DNA of 62,746 bases, filler included, from Choristocarpus tenellus KU-1152 (GCA_964200185.2; 13 parts of 13 records of this genome joined end to end with filler, not necessarily neighbours in it), one strand, 5' to 3'; positions 48,687 to 61,779 are shown, counted from the whole stretch's first letter. Made by a program: numbers and translations. Notes: a model not told the origin generated them from the sequence alone.

Positions 48687-50435
48687 TAGACCCTCCCTCT
48701 CCCCCTTGTCCAACCCAACCCTGTTGTTGAAGTTATTCTTACTCTCCTCTACCTCGAGGGCATCAAGCGCGGCCTCGTCTCGATCCAGTTCCCTAGCAAA
48801 CTCTTCTAGCAGAACACGCCTTCCAGCTCTTTTTTTTATGTGGCAGTAATGGTAAGCGGAGTAAGGGGGGAAGGGGAGGGAGGAAGTCAAGGTTGGTGGG
48901 GGGCGAGTGGGTGGGGGTATAGCTTGCAAAAAATGAAATCGATCATCGGCAGCAAGCAGTCAATTGGTCTCACTTTTTTTTCTATTTTTCAATGACGAAT
49001 GAGTCTTTCCGATGAAAAAATTAACAATATGTAGGAGCACTTTAGAGCGTACAGCACAAAACGTGATGGTATTCCTCGACAGTGAGTGCACCAACAATGA
49101 TGAGTTTGCTCAGAAGTGGACACTGCTTATCTTTCATGCAAGCGTTTGAGCGAACGTTCAATATTTCACGGTCAAGAATTGGAGACGGTACTCTCACGGT
49201 ACTACCACGCTATCGCAGCCTACCTTTTTTAACTAGCAATTTCTGATGTACATATGCTGGAAACCTTGCTGCATGAGAAGAGGTTGGAAAGAGGTCACGT
49301 TTGGAAAAAAAAGGAGCAATTTGAATTTACCCACAGTCTATCCAAAAAACGTGAATGAAATGGAGAAGGTCAACTGCACTTCATCACAACCAGACAGCAA
49401 AGACACTGACGATGGGAGTGGGGTCAGTAGTGAAAAGTGCTTCGCTTACTTCCTGGGTGGGGTCGATTCATGTTACCTAAGAACAAGTCTTTGGAAGAGC
49501 AGGGAAAGCAATGGACTGGAGGATATCTGGCGGCGCTTGTTCTCTGCTGCCCGGACTATTGCTAGACACCTTCGAGAGCCACAGGAGGGTGTGGGAGCAT
49601 ATGAGGAAAACGAACTGTAGATGAGGGTATAGGTCGTTAGATACGCTTGTAGGAGCTTTCTTATGGAGAGAATACCCGGGGATCTTGATGAGGAAGTCGG
49701 GGAAACATTTTGTTGGGGTTTTTTGTTTGGTATCTGTGTTGTGTAAAGGGCATTGGTCATTGGATGGCCTCAGCACTATGGTATGACACCCAAAGGAATA
49801 GGGAGGAGAGGAAAGGTGATACCATCTGAATTTCAAGCAAAGCAAGGCAAAGTGGAGCGGCTCATTGAAGCACTAATACCGAACTATAGAAGCTGTTTGT
49901 GTTTGTTGGGTATAGGCATGGGACTGTAAGCAAGAACCTTCATGGAGATATCAATAGTTTGATGTGCCTACTTCATGTCGCAGTGCTTTACTACACAAGC
50001 AAGAACACACCCTCCGTCGGTTTGTCTCACTGACCTTCCTGAGGTTCTTCCATCTCACCAGTTTGTTGTTACCTTGCCCGTCTTCCTTCCTACAGCCCTA
50101 TACATCGTACCAGAAGTTCGGTGTATATCGATACTCTCTGTAGGTTGGGTGCATACATTGACTACAAATGTCACTTCTTTGACGCTATGAACTGAGACGC
50201 ACCCATCCTACTTCTTGATGAAAAAGTCTTATCCTAGAATGAAGAGAGCTCAACTTGCAAGCAAAACACAGTCAAGAGAGATACATCGGTGGTAGTGCTG
50301 TTACCTCCCTGCCATGAGACGAGTGAGTATAAATCCCTGCTGCTCATTTGCCATTACCAGGCGACCTCTCTGACCTATTGTGCGGGCGAAGTGCTGGACC
50401 TGTAGGCCTCTTACGATCACCCTGTGGGCGGCAGA
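48633..50435 (-). CDS. 3' exons of an uncharacterised protein (50435-50305, ~49569-49477, 48828-48633)
   Basis: Two AG|GTAACA phase-2 donors give an in-frame product SAAHRVIVRGLQVQHFART...LMAGR-CLAIVRAAENKRRQ...FQRLVLR-AGRRVLLEEFARELDRDE...QQVGR*. The middle acceptor is ambiguous (several in-frame AGs). Confidence 0.6.
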
Positions 50436-50453
50436 CTGTGCGGAAACAGATAC

Positions 50454-50493
<40 letters not shown>

Positions 50494-51443
50494 AAAGGGA
50501 TGAAAGAGTGTTCACAAAAGAGTTCAAATAAAAAAGAACAGGATTTTGCTTCTGACAAGCAGGGGCATGAAGCGGAGGAGGAGATGAGTGATGGGGTGGG
50601 GGGGGGGGAGTTGGGGGAAGGCAGGGATGGATAAATGCGTTAAAATAACATAATTCACGGATGTGGACTAGTACAAGAGTTGGGTGTCATGGAAAGACCT
50701 GTAAGACAGCACAGTGTCCTCTTCTTAGCCCTTCCAGTCAGGTTCTGCTCGGGTCTCTATTCCGTAGACTGCTACTTCTGGAGGTAAAGAAGACTTGAAC
50801 AGGATAGAAATTGGGAAGAGGAAGGAGGTGAGAGCCTCAAGAAGCCCCATTTGCTAGAGCATGAGGGTCACACGGTTGTACTCCACAGTAGAATGGAAGA
50901 GTGACCTAGTGTGCATCCTCAATCATGTATCTAAACGTTCATGTATCTCCCTAAATATTTTTTGTATCACATACATAAAATATCACAGAGTTAGTGTCTC
51001 TCACAATACAACGAACGCCATGCAAATATTCTGGTCTTACGGAAAGCATATTGTCCATTATCAAATCCGCTTAGTCTACTAACTACAATACCAATCAATA
51101 CACTAATCAGTCCAGATGTACTGTTTCATTAGTGACATATTGTACACTAAAGCAAAACATGGACTCACACACTCGAAAGGAAAAATGTTCATATAGGAGT
51201 CCTATTCTGAACAGGTACTCCACCAACGCGAGACTTGAGATATATTAATGCAATATATTCCCAGTGTGGGGAAAGGTCTCATGTATAATCTGCCACTGAT
51301 GAGCCTTGAGGTACTATTAGTGCAAGGTATTCCGAGCATGTGAAAAGACTTCATGTGCAATCTGCCATTGACCTCACTAATAATTCAAACGAGAGTTGGA
51401 ATGTGCCAAGCCAACCACAACAGCAGCCCCTGAGATGTGGATT

Positions 51444-51479
51444 GGCTCAAAGTATTTGGGGGGGGAGGGGGGGGGGGGG
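51444..51479 (+). mobile_element. MITE family A, left TIR at contig end
   Basis: GGCTCAAAGTATTT followed by poly-G. Confidence 0.78.
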
Positions 51480-52470
51480 NNNNNNNNNNNNNNNNNNNNN
51501 NNNNNNNNNNNNNNNNNNNNNNNTTAATTAATTAANNNNNNNNNNNNNNNNNNNNNNNNNNNNNNNNNNNNNNNNNNNNACCCAATTTCGTTGGTCTTCT
51601 ATCAAGTACTCTATAGGTACTCCAACCATAAGCCTCTATTCTTGAACTTCTTAGTAACTTTGACATTTTCCTCTGTAATGTTTCGTAGGTATTCCGAATC
51701 TTACTCTGCATCTCCTTAAAATAATCACTTATTCTGTAAGGTTAACCTAAGTGTTACTAATATCGTATATAGTTCGCACTTGTCAGAACTCGAGAAACAA
51801 TCTTCGCACTGTATGTCTGTTACAAATGTTCGTATTTCCTAACGCATAAGGAGAAAATGCTCGCGCTATTCGTGTGTAAAACTTTGTTGAACTACAAGAA
51901 GAAACGCTCACGCTATTCGCCTGTAACAGTATCACTCACTACACCTGTCAATGATGACAATGGAAAGCTCTGAAGATCCAAGAAGAGCAATAGTAAAACT
52001 TACTTCTACTGTTATATATACTATTATTATTATTATATGCATATCATTCAGAGTTACTTCTACTACTGTTATATACACTATATTCCTTTAATTGTTCTAT
52101 CCATACCATTCATAACTAATATTTTGATGGTGTGGTCAAAGGGTAGTAGAAGCGAGAATGAAATACTTCAAACGAGTAAGTAACAAGACAGAAGCAAGAA
52201 AAGGATAAAGACAAGGGAAGAGAAACACTCCCCGTGTAGCCAAGAAGATTAGTCAAGACTCATACTACTACCTAGCGTCGAAAATCTGGAGCAAGTCATC
52301 AGGTTATACCACCGGCATCGCCAAGGTCCTATGGAAAAAGCGAGAAACTCAGGATCACAGCTGGTACCATCCATAAGAAACACCACTCACCACATATCAC
52401 ACACTACAAAGTTACGAGATGAGAAAAAAGTTAACCCAAGAAAGAAAAAGATGAAGATATGAATTGTGAT

Positions 52471-52728
52471 GACCCAAAACATTTAAGAGGGTAGGAGTTT
52501 TTCTCTGTTGGTCCGTTTGGGGTTTGGCTTCCCAAGGGTTTTTGAAGGCCTTTTTTGGTTTTCTGTGTGAACACAGATACCTAAAATGTTTACGACTATT
52601 AAAGGTGTGTCCGAAGCAAGGATGGTGACACTTGCTAACAATAACGATAGCCAAAATGAATCAAAATCGTACCATTGGATTTATTATCCTGAGTGGACAT
52701 AGCCCTACCCTCTTAAATGATTTGGGTT
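52471..52728 (-). mobile_element. MITE family B-related copy
   Basis: TIRs GACCCAAAACATTTAAGAGGGTAGG / CCTACCCTCTTAAATGATTTGGGTT, TGAT duplicated on both sides; core colinear with 35427-35677. Confidence 0.82.
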
Positions 52729-52937
52729 TGATGCTATTTGTAAAGGCAACATTCAATGAGCGACAGTGGGTGTGGATGCGCTCCAATCTATAGTCAATAG
52801 CCAAAATTAATCAATATCGTACCATTGGATTTATTATCCTGAGTGGGCATGGCCCTACCCTTTTAAATGCTTTGGGTCCGATGCTTTTTGTGAAGGCAAC
52901 ATTCAATGGGCAACAGAGGGTGTGGATGAGCTCTAAT
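52646..52937. repeat. 150-bp tandem duplication spanning a MITE end and its flank
   Basis: ATAGCCAAAAT...GTACCATTGGATTTATTATCCTGAGTGG...GGGTGTGGATG occurs twice, 150 bp apart. Confidence 0.9.
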
Positions 52938-54887
52938 TTACTCAACCCGACTTAGTAGCTACCTTGGCATGACATACATCGGTTACCATGACTTTCTCTG
53001 GCATACCGCTAGAAAAAAGGGTGTGCCATGGTGATACAGCAACAGACTGTTCTGTGTAGAGGGATTGAGACTATTAATCCTGTTGATGAATCCTACGGCT
53101 GGAGTTAAGCATTCACACATCGATATTTATGTAGACGCTAATAAAAGAGGCCGCTAGGTGGCAAGGATAATGATAAGGCCGCTAAGAACCACCTGGACCT
53201 TTTGGCAGGCTGCAGGCCGCCCAATCAACTTGCCACTCTTATCCCTTGCTGTCGTTGCTTGACTTGGATGTGAAGGTGAACATGTGTCAAGCCATTTTGT
53301 ACCACTTATTCGATATGTTTCAGGTTAATGGTGGGTGGATGAAGCACATCTTTCTCTTGGTTTAAAGTGTTTATAACCCATATATATATAGTAAAAACCT
53401 ACACTTGTACCATGATACAGATACATATATACATTGGCAGGGAAAGCTACGTTGAATGGAAGTACTTTTATAATGCTGAGGACCTGGGGTATGGATAGGG
53501 TTTGGCACTTCATGAAGAGGTAACACGTATTAGTTTTCTGCTCTTGACGCCCTTTGATGTTGTCTAGGTAATCTGGTGCAACCGTATCCCTACCTCCAGT
53601 TGTTATGTATGCATGTTCAAAAAGACGAATCTCTTTGAAAGAGGTTGAGTATTGCCTTGTATTGGGGTTGATTGATGTTTGTTCCACTTACGATACCAAA
53701 TTCAATCCGCATGAGCTATTTTGGTGTGAATCTTAGTCAACCACAAAAAACGCAGGCAAGAACCAGTCTCCAACATAGGACAAAAGGGACACTCCTCTCG
53801 TCAGATTTCAACTCACAAGGAGAGAAATGTCTATAGTGCGTGATGGCCTCCAATCTGTTGTTGATGCATCTAGTGTTCTTTTCTACAGTTGACCTCTTCC
53901 ACTATTGTTCTAAATGCTGTGTGGGTTACTATGACAGTGAGTACATAGGAATTTGTGATAAATACATGGTATATCATTCGCAGTGTCCAGAGTCAGTGTG
54001 GCTGGCTCAGAATAAATTTTTCCCTCAACACGAATACGTTTTGATGATGATTTCATACGCAAAGGAAGAGATGCATAATGTGACAATGCACTGGTGTACC
54101 ATGTGGAAGTGGTATTATCATTAGGGTTCTGATCTGACCTAGAGGAAAAATTGGTCAAGAAGCATGTTTAATCTGGATATGTTGAGGAATATACTGTGCC
54201 TGTGGAGCAAATGCTACAGAAAGCGAATCATGTTTCGTTCGTTGTACAACCCCGTCGACTCTTTCACTAGACTCGACTTCATACCCAAAAGAACTACGGG
54301 GGTTGCTTGCTGTCTTCTGGGACCCATCAATTTTTCTACCAAATTTTCTAGCCCTTGCTTCCTCTGTTTTTTGGGGGGTTTTCTCTTCGGACACGTTCTG
54401 GCAAGTCTACCTTAACTCTTCACTAAGCCCATTTTTGCTTCTTGTATTTTTGCTTACAACAAGGATTTCCACATGTTATACGGTTGGAAGAGCGCTCTTC
54501 AGGACGACGTTTGACTCCTTGATGCTGGCCGCGTGAAGGGGGCGTTGAAGGGGCGGGATTTTTGGCCGAACGCCCAATGACATGTCAATTCTAGTTTTGA
54601 ACTTCTCGTTCAAGGCGTTTATTGATGGTTGAAAGTGCCGCAATCTTTGCCGACAGAAACGCAGACTGCAGAATGACGAGCGGAAATAGCAGGAACAGCA
54701 ATCGGAACAGCCAGGGAAATCGAAGGAACAGGGCAAGTGAGTGGGCATGTCTCTTTACCGTTAGTAAGTTGAGGTGTGACAAGCATACGGAAACATGTCA
54801 GAAGAGTCGGTACATCAGTTGTAGTAGTAGGAAGACGCATATCTTTAGGGCAGTTCGCTAACGACATTCGGCAAAGCAGTAGTGGGA

Positions 54888-55142
54888 GCAATAGGTGTGG
54901 ATTGCCTTACATTGGTCATGTCCCTCGTTTCTGCTAGGTTTCGAATAAGGTCCATGTTTGGAGAACGTTTTTCCACTACTGCTATCTTCAGTTGAACCAT
55001 GTCTACGGGAGATTTGCATCAACCTCATCAACTCCGAACTGAAGGCAGCAGTCGAGGAAAAACGTTCTCCAAACATGGACCTTATTCGAAACCTAGCAGA
55101 AACGAGGGACATGACGAACGTAAGGCAATCCACACCTATTGC
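54888..55142. repeat. Long inverted repeat (hairpin)
   Basis: 54888-54974 is nearly the exact reverse complement of 55056-55142; weaker pairing continues to ~54993/55037. Confidence 0.93.
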
Positions 55143-55176
55143 ACTTCTGAACCAAGAAAGGTATCCATGATGAAGT

Positions 55177-55199
55177 AGGCCAAAGTATTTGGGGGGGGG
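55177..55199 (+). mobile_element. MITE family A, left TIR at contig end
   Basis: AGGCCAAAGTATTT followed by poly-G. Confidence 0.72.
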
Positions 55200-58100
55200 N
55201 NNNNNNNNNNNNNNNNNNNNNNNNNNNNNNNNNNNNNNNNNNNTTAATTAATTAANNNNNNNNNNNNNNNNNNNNNNNNNNNNNNNNNNNNNNNNNNNNG
55301 CGTGGGGGGAGGGGAGATTACAGACTATATGAAGCCACACACAAGAGTCATACTGCCGGGGACACGGGTAACCCATTTGAGCATCACAGACCATGTACTA
55401 CTGTACTATAGTACTTTTCTTGACACGGTGTTGAACTCATACAGAACAGTGCTATAAAAATATATCAACGAATGATAGATTCGATCAAGAGATATAAAAA
55501 AAAATACAAGAGAGTGTTGGACAACACATGCGTGTTCAATGGATCAGCTCGCACAAATAGCAGTCAATCTCTTTAGGCACAACAGTGCCAAGTCTAGCAA
55601 GTTCGGTACATAGAGGAAGAACAATAACAAAAGGCATGGACAGGAAAGGCAAAGGGCGGGTAGGGACATGTTAATGGCAAAAGTTGCCAGTACAGAGCTC
55701 TACATAGATGCACGAGGGAGAGAACTAGAAATCACCAGTCAGCAATGTTTCAAGAGGCCCCTGGAGGTTTGGTCAACACATCTCTTTCTTGCAGTGTTCA
55801 AGAGCCAGTTTAGCTTTCGTTCACACCCTACCGTGAAACACATCAACATACATCTGTATCTACAACATACATCTGTATCTACACCATTTCTTGGGCACTT
55901 GGTCATCACACACGCTTTGAAAACACACACAAAAAAAAGAGCACACCACCATGCCGCTTCTGAAAAAAACTTGACACCACAGATGTACCTGCAATTCTAT
56001 CATCTCTACAGTCCCAGATCTTCACAGAGGAGAGACCTCCACTCCAAGCACTCAAAAAAACTCAAAAGTAACCACAGATATAAATGTGGTGTACCCTTTA
56101 TTGCATCAACGGATAGGGGTGGGGGGGTTCCCGCTCTCTGTTGGTCAGGTTCATTGCACCACTTCCCTACCTTTCCAGCTCTGCTCCAGCTAAGTGGGTA
56201 CTTCTATCATGTACACTGATACCATATAAGATGCATACACCAACAGGCAGTGTATTGATGTAGTTTCAGTACCTCCTCCACTCAAACATCCAGGACCGCA
56301 ACACACACAAACTAACCCTAACCCTAAGTTACACGGCAGTATGTACACAGAGTTACACAGTATTCACACTTCCCAATTCGACAAAAACGCATCCGGGTGG
56401 ATGCACCACCTGGCAACCACAGCCAACAGGACCTTCGCTGGACACCGCATTGGCCAACAGGGTTACAATTATCAAGCGCTTCAGGGCAGAAGCACTGGTG
56501 TGCACCCCCTGAGCCACAGCGGAAGACTCCACTACAACAAAAGCGACCTTTCATCCCTTCAACCTATAAACAGCACTACACCACGTACAAAACTCACCAT
56601 TGATACCTAACCCTAACCCTAACGAGGAACCTTCCACCTCTGAAATTTGTTGGTGCCCTCTGAACATACGTACAAAGCAAGCCTGTGCACGAGACGTGGA
56701 CGGGACGCTCACGGGACCACCTACCAAAAAAACTGTTCACATCAGACGCTCCAAGCGCTTTGCTTCAAACTACCCTGCATTGTTTCCTAGGCATCTATTA
56801 ATACTATCTTGTCATTGATTGATTCCACACAATGCTTGCTCCTCGGGGCCCCCCGATCACACCGCCAAATCTACAGAATACACAACAATTGTCATATCCC
56901 ACTCACCTCAACAACCCTTTAACATCTTCTTGGTACAGTCATAAACCATCCATCCCATTCATCACTTGACGTTCCACCTCACTCTGTACATAGAACTCGA
57001 TACAATTTCTTTGTCATGTATCACTTTCTTATCTCTTTTTTTTTTCATTTTTCAGGGATAGGTTTGTAGCAGCATGCAAATTGCATATGCAAGGGTCCTT
57101 ATACACACATACACACATAATATTTAAGACTTACATTAAAACAACGTCAGGTCAAGCTAAGGTAAGCCATTCGGTCACTTGTAGTGAGGGGAAAAACTGC
57201 ACTAAGAGCTTGTCTTCATCTATGAAAAACCTTGCCTTGATAAAATTAGTAATTTTGGTGGCATCCTAGCAAGAAATCATAACAATACACACTAGAGGAC
57301 TCAAGACCACAACAGAACACACCACAACAGAGCACACACACACACACACACACATACTCACATTTAAAAAAAAAAAAACATGAGGCACTTCAGAGAGATC
57401 AATCTGTGACAATAAAATAAATAAAATAAAAAAACACACACACACACATACACACAAAATGATCTAGATATCATTATAGACCAACAGTGTTGCAAACTGA
57501 ACAAATTTACAGCAGCTAGAAAAAAAACAACTGTCAACACACACAGTTCGTCAAGGTAACCCGTGCCAAACGCACACAGGTCGTCAAGAGGAGCATGCCC
57601 CACAGTTAGGAGAAAAGTCCATTGTCTCAACAATACAGATCCAAAGCCATGAAGAGTGAGATATGCAGTGAGTTGTGGGTAGTGATGTCACACACTGTGA
57701 CACAAAGATGTAGAGATAGACCTCTGACAGATTCGCTGGATACACTTCTGCTCGTATTGCAAAAAAATAAATAAAAATAAATATATATATATATATATAT
57801 ATAGTCGGGGGGGGGGGGTTCCGGTTTAAATTTTCAGTTATTCTGATTAAATTATATAACTGAAGGCGATTAAACTATTGCACTTCACAACACTGCTAAC
57901 GAAGCATTCATCTTCACACAAAGAAACCATTTTTATCACCATTCGGTGGTTGCCGCACACAACAAATCAGATATATATTTAGTTATTTCTAGCTCACTGT
58001 AATTCCACCATTGCCCCCCCAACTCCCCCCCCCCCCAGAACACACCCACCTGATCACNNNNNNNNNNNNNNNNNNNNNNNNNNNNNNNNNNNNNNNNNNN

Positions 58101-58799
58101 NTTAATTAATTAANNNNNNNNNNNNNNNNNNNNNNNNNNNNNNNNNNNNNNNNNNNNCGGGGGGGCCGGTCCCTGGGTTGTTCCCCTGCCATCCCGTCTT
58201 GCTCAAGCGAGCCTCCTAGGACGCCATCGGCCGAATTGGTTTATGGAATATCGGTATTGGGCCCAGGTGTCTTGCTTGGACCAGGTGCTGTCTCAGGTGG
58301 GTCAGTGGATTTGGTTTTACCCTTGTCTGGTTTATCACGTTTCTTCTTGTCCTTGGTTACTTCTCGATATGGTTGATCCATTCCCTTTTGACTGTCGGCG
58401 TGAGTACTACTGTGTTTAGGCAGGGTCCAATCAGTCGTGGGGGGTGTTCAGAATCACCAGTTGTGTCATGGTGGGGGTGCTACCCGGCAAACCCAAAGCT
58501 TTCTCGGTTATCAAATCTTAGGCAAAGTTTTGATGGGGTCTCAGATCCGATGGATGGTATCACATCTTTGTGAGTGTTCAACCGAAAGTGGTCTGAGGGT
58601 CCTCAACGTTTCTGTGTTTGATATTGGCGGGAAAGTCACCAATGACAAAGAAATGTGCGCGCAATGCACTTGTGTGCGCGCGCGGATGTGTACTTGGACT
58701 GAGATCAGCTCCCAAAGGAAGGGACCTGTCCGTCACAACTACTGAAATTGTATTATGTGGTTAATTTCTATGTACTGTTTAAGTTCCCTGTATAGTGAC

Positions 58800-59790
58800 C
58801 TTATTCTGAAACGGCCAAACATCGGTTTTCGATTCATCGAAAGATTTTGTGGTTGTCACTATGTGCCTAACTTCCACATACTTTGCTTAAGTTGCCTTTT
58901 AGTACCTTGCTCGCCTTAGGCAGGTGAAGGGATCAAAATCGGTTTTAAATCAACCAAACATTTTGTTGTTGCCACTGCGTGTCTTATCTTCCACAAAAAT
59001 TGCTCATGTCGCCTGTTGGTGTCTCGTGAATACTATTAAATCTATCCAATCGTTTTGAAACTACCCCTGTCCGTGTGTAAAACTGTTATGTACACTGTTC
59101 ATATTGCGTGCTGGTACCTTGTGCACATTGGGCAGGTGATAAGGCGAATAATAGGTGTTGGATACATGCAACTGTTGTATTATTGCCAATGTGTACTGTT
59201 GGAGCTCAAGTCCCGGTAGGTGGGTACGTTATACACATTGGGCAGGTGAAATTGTCAAACATCGGTGCTGGATACATCCAACGGCTTTGTAACTGCCACC
59301 AGTGACTATACACTCAACTTCCACATATTATACTTAAGTCTCTTGTTGATATCTGATCCAGGTTCACATTGGGTGAGTGGAACGGTGAAACACCTGCTTG
59401 GGCTCCATCCAATCGTTTTGTACCTAAATACAACTATGTGCCTTACTTCCACACATACTACTCAAGTGGTTGTTTGTTGGTACGTTGTTGTGCATGTTGG
59501 GAACATGAGACAACGAAAATCGGTCTTATTTCCATACAACAATTTTATAATTACCCCTGTGTGCCTCAATGTCAATATTGCCGCACAAGTCGTCAGGTGA
59601 TGTCTATTCGCATTGGGACGGTGAAACGGGGAAAAAATGTTTCTGGATTCATCCAACTAACTGCTGTGTAGAACTTCCGTATAATATACTGCTGAAGTCG
59701 CCTGTTAGTGCTTTGTCCTTCGCCAGGTATGTGGAAGAACCAAAAAATCATTTCCAGATTTGTAATTGTCTCGCCATGTGGCAGATATAC
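58800..59790. repeat. Degenerate tandem array, ~110-130-bp unit
   Basis: Recurring anchors ACATTGGGCAGGTGA-like (58914, 59125, 59235, 59366, 59609) and CTTCCACA (58871, 58988, 59318, 59446). Confidence 0.75.
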
Positions 59791-61505
59791 TGCTCTGCTC
59801 ATCATGTCGCCCATTATGTCTTGACAAAAACAGCACGAAGAATCATACCAATTTTGTATGTGCATTTCCTGCGGATTCTAATTGCTCTTCAAAAGATTGT
59901 AGATACGAACTGCACACGACTCCAGCTGTGTTGGATGTTGGTCTCTCTCCACACCTGAAGAACAAATGAATAGGTACAGGATACCGAGGAAAGTACATTG
60001 TGATTTATCCTACCCACACCAACAGTTTCGAGAGAGAAGTACTTGGAAAACATAGTTACGACACAATGTACATGTCTCTTGGACTGTGCATTGTGCCCTT
60101 CCCCCCCTCCTTCCCCAATCAAATTACACACGATACTGCAGCAAGTTCATTGTATTTTACAACTACAGCACAAACAGCCATCACAGGTTTCTTAGATGGG
60201 TATGAACGAAAGATATTGCGCAACAGGGGATAGCGAAAAGGGACATGTGTACGGCAGGGATACTGGTAGTAGTGTGTGTGCAGCCCCACAGTCTATGGCA
60301 CGTAATGGGGAAAGTCCCTTGTCAACTTCTGTTATGCTTACTAAGCAATATCATTGATGGATCATGCATATCGATGGTGGAAACAAATTCAATATATGTG
60401 CTTATGAGTCTCATCAATGCTGGCTGTCCATGGGCAACAGTAAGATCAATTTGTTTCTTTTGTTGGTAGCAATGACAAACAGACCTGCAGCAACGTTGAT
60501 GTGCATATCATAATAGTAGTATCGAGGTATGTGCATTGCCTTCAAGGAAGGGTTGTGCTAAGATGGTTGTAGTCTGTCCAATTAATTGGACCACATAAAA
60601 GTTACGTCCTATGAAGCATTGCCACTAGCACTGCATAGTGGTTGGCATATATTGTCTCTCCCTGCTTCCACAGAGCAGGATATGCAAAGCAAGATGAGAG
60701 AAGCAATGTATCCTGGATCCAAAATACATCCTGCCTCACTGAATACAGAAAATATGTGTTATCTACTGTGAAGCAATGTAGATTGTAGATGTTGATGGTA
60801 AACTAAGGTTTCTAGAGCGTCACTGTAAGTATGGTTTCTGCTTAAATTGGACTAATCCCAGCACAAGCTATAAGCCCCAAATCACATGCTCCTCCAATCT
60901 GTCGTATTGTTGAAACTGTAATGTAGACTTCATTGTTCCTTGCCCTGTGGGTACTACGAGGTAACTAATCAAGTAGTGTTAATCCTTCCAGGTCAGCTTT
61001 GCTTCCCTGAACCCAATGCTGCTCTGTTGGCACATGTTCTTGGTGACAAAGGCCTTCTAAATCGTTTTCCCATGTTTAAAAAAAAGCGCATATCTCTTCT
61101 ACTCCCCTAATATAGTACAACAAACGATCATCACATCCAGCACTCACCACAATCTAAAAATCGGAATGATAACCAAATACAACAAGGAGGTAAGGAAACA
61201 TATGCTACATTTGATGGAGGTTCATGGCAAGTAGTACACCATCTTGTTATGTTTGCGGAGCCCCTTACCTACCCTCAGGATATGCCATATCATAAAAAGC
61301 GGCTGACAGCTTGAATTCACAATGCCCTGATTTATCGACTGGAAAACAAGCCTCTGCAGGACAGCTGGTCTATATGTTATACACCGATATGGTCAATGCG
61401 GCCACCTCAGCTGAATTATAGCACAACCTGGCAAGTAAAAAGGCAGGAGGGCAAAATAAAGTTGAAACACAACAAAATATGCTTAGACAGTGTGGCACAC
61501 CATGC

Positions 61506-61691
61506 AAAGTGAAGTATCTGGGGAGGGTGGGGGGTGCCTATACCCGGGTGTCCATTCGAACCCTGACCAGGAGAAACGCACTTACATTATCCATCCGACG
61601 CATGCAACCAAATCACCCAAAAATCGCAACATGGAAAAACGGACCCTGTATGGACAGCCATCACCCCCCCCTCATCCAGATACTTTGAGCC
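61506..61691 (+). mobile_element. MITE family A, near-full copy
   Basis: AAGTATCTGGG, family A core, CCAGATACTTTGAGCC; no clean TSD. Confidence 0.88.
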
Positions 61692-61779
61692 ATCACACTC
61701 TTAACAACGTACCCCTGTCCTCAATGGCACTACATCAGACCATTAGCAAGCGTCTTTCTTACGCAACGAGGCGGCCTAG

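Noticed and set aside
56360-56550. Minus-strand exon resembling a TPT/EamA transporter (VAFVVVESSAVAQGVHTSASALKRLIIVTLL)
   Set aside because: The similarity is weak and the exon boundaries are ambiguous.
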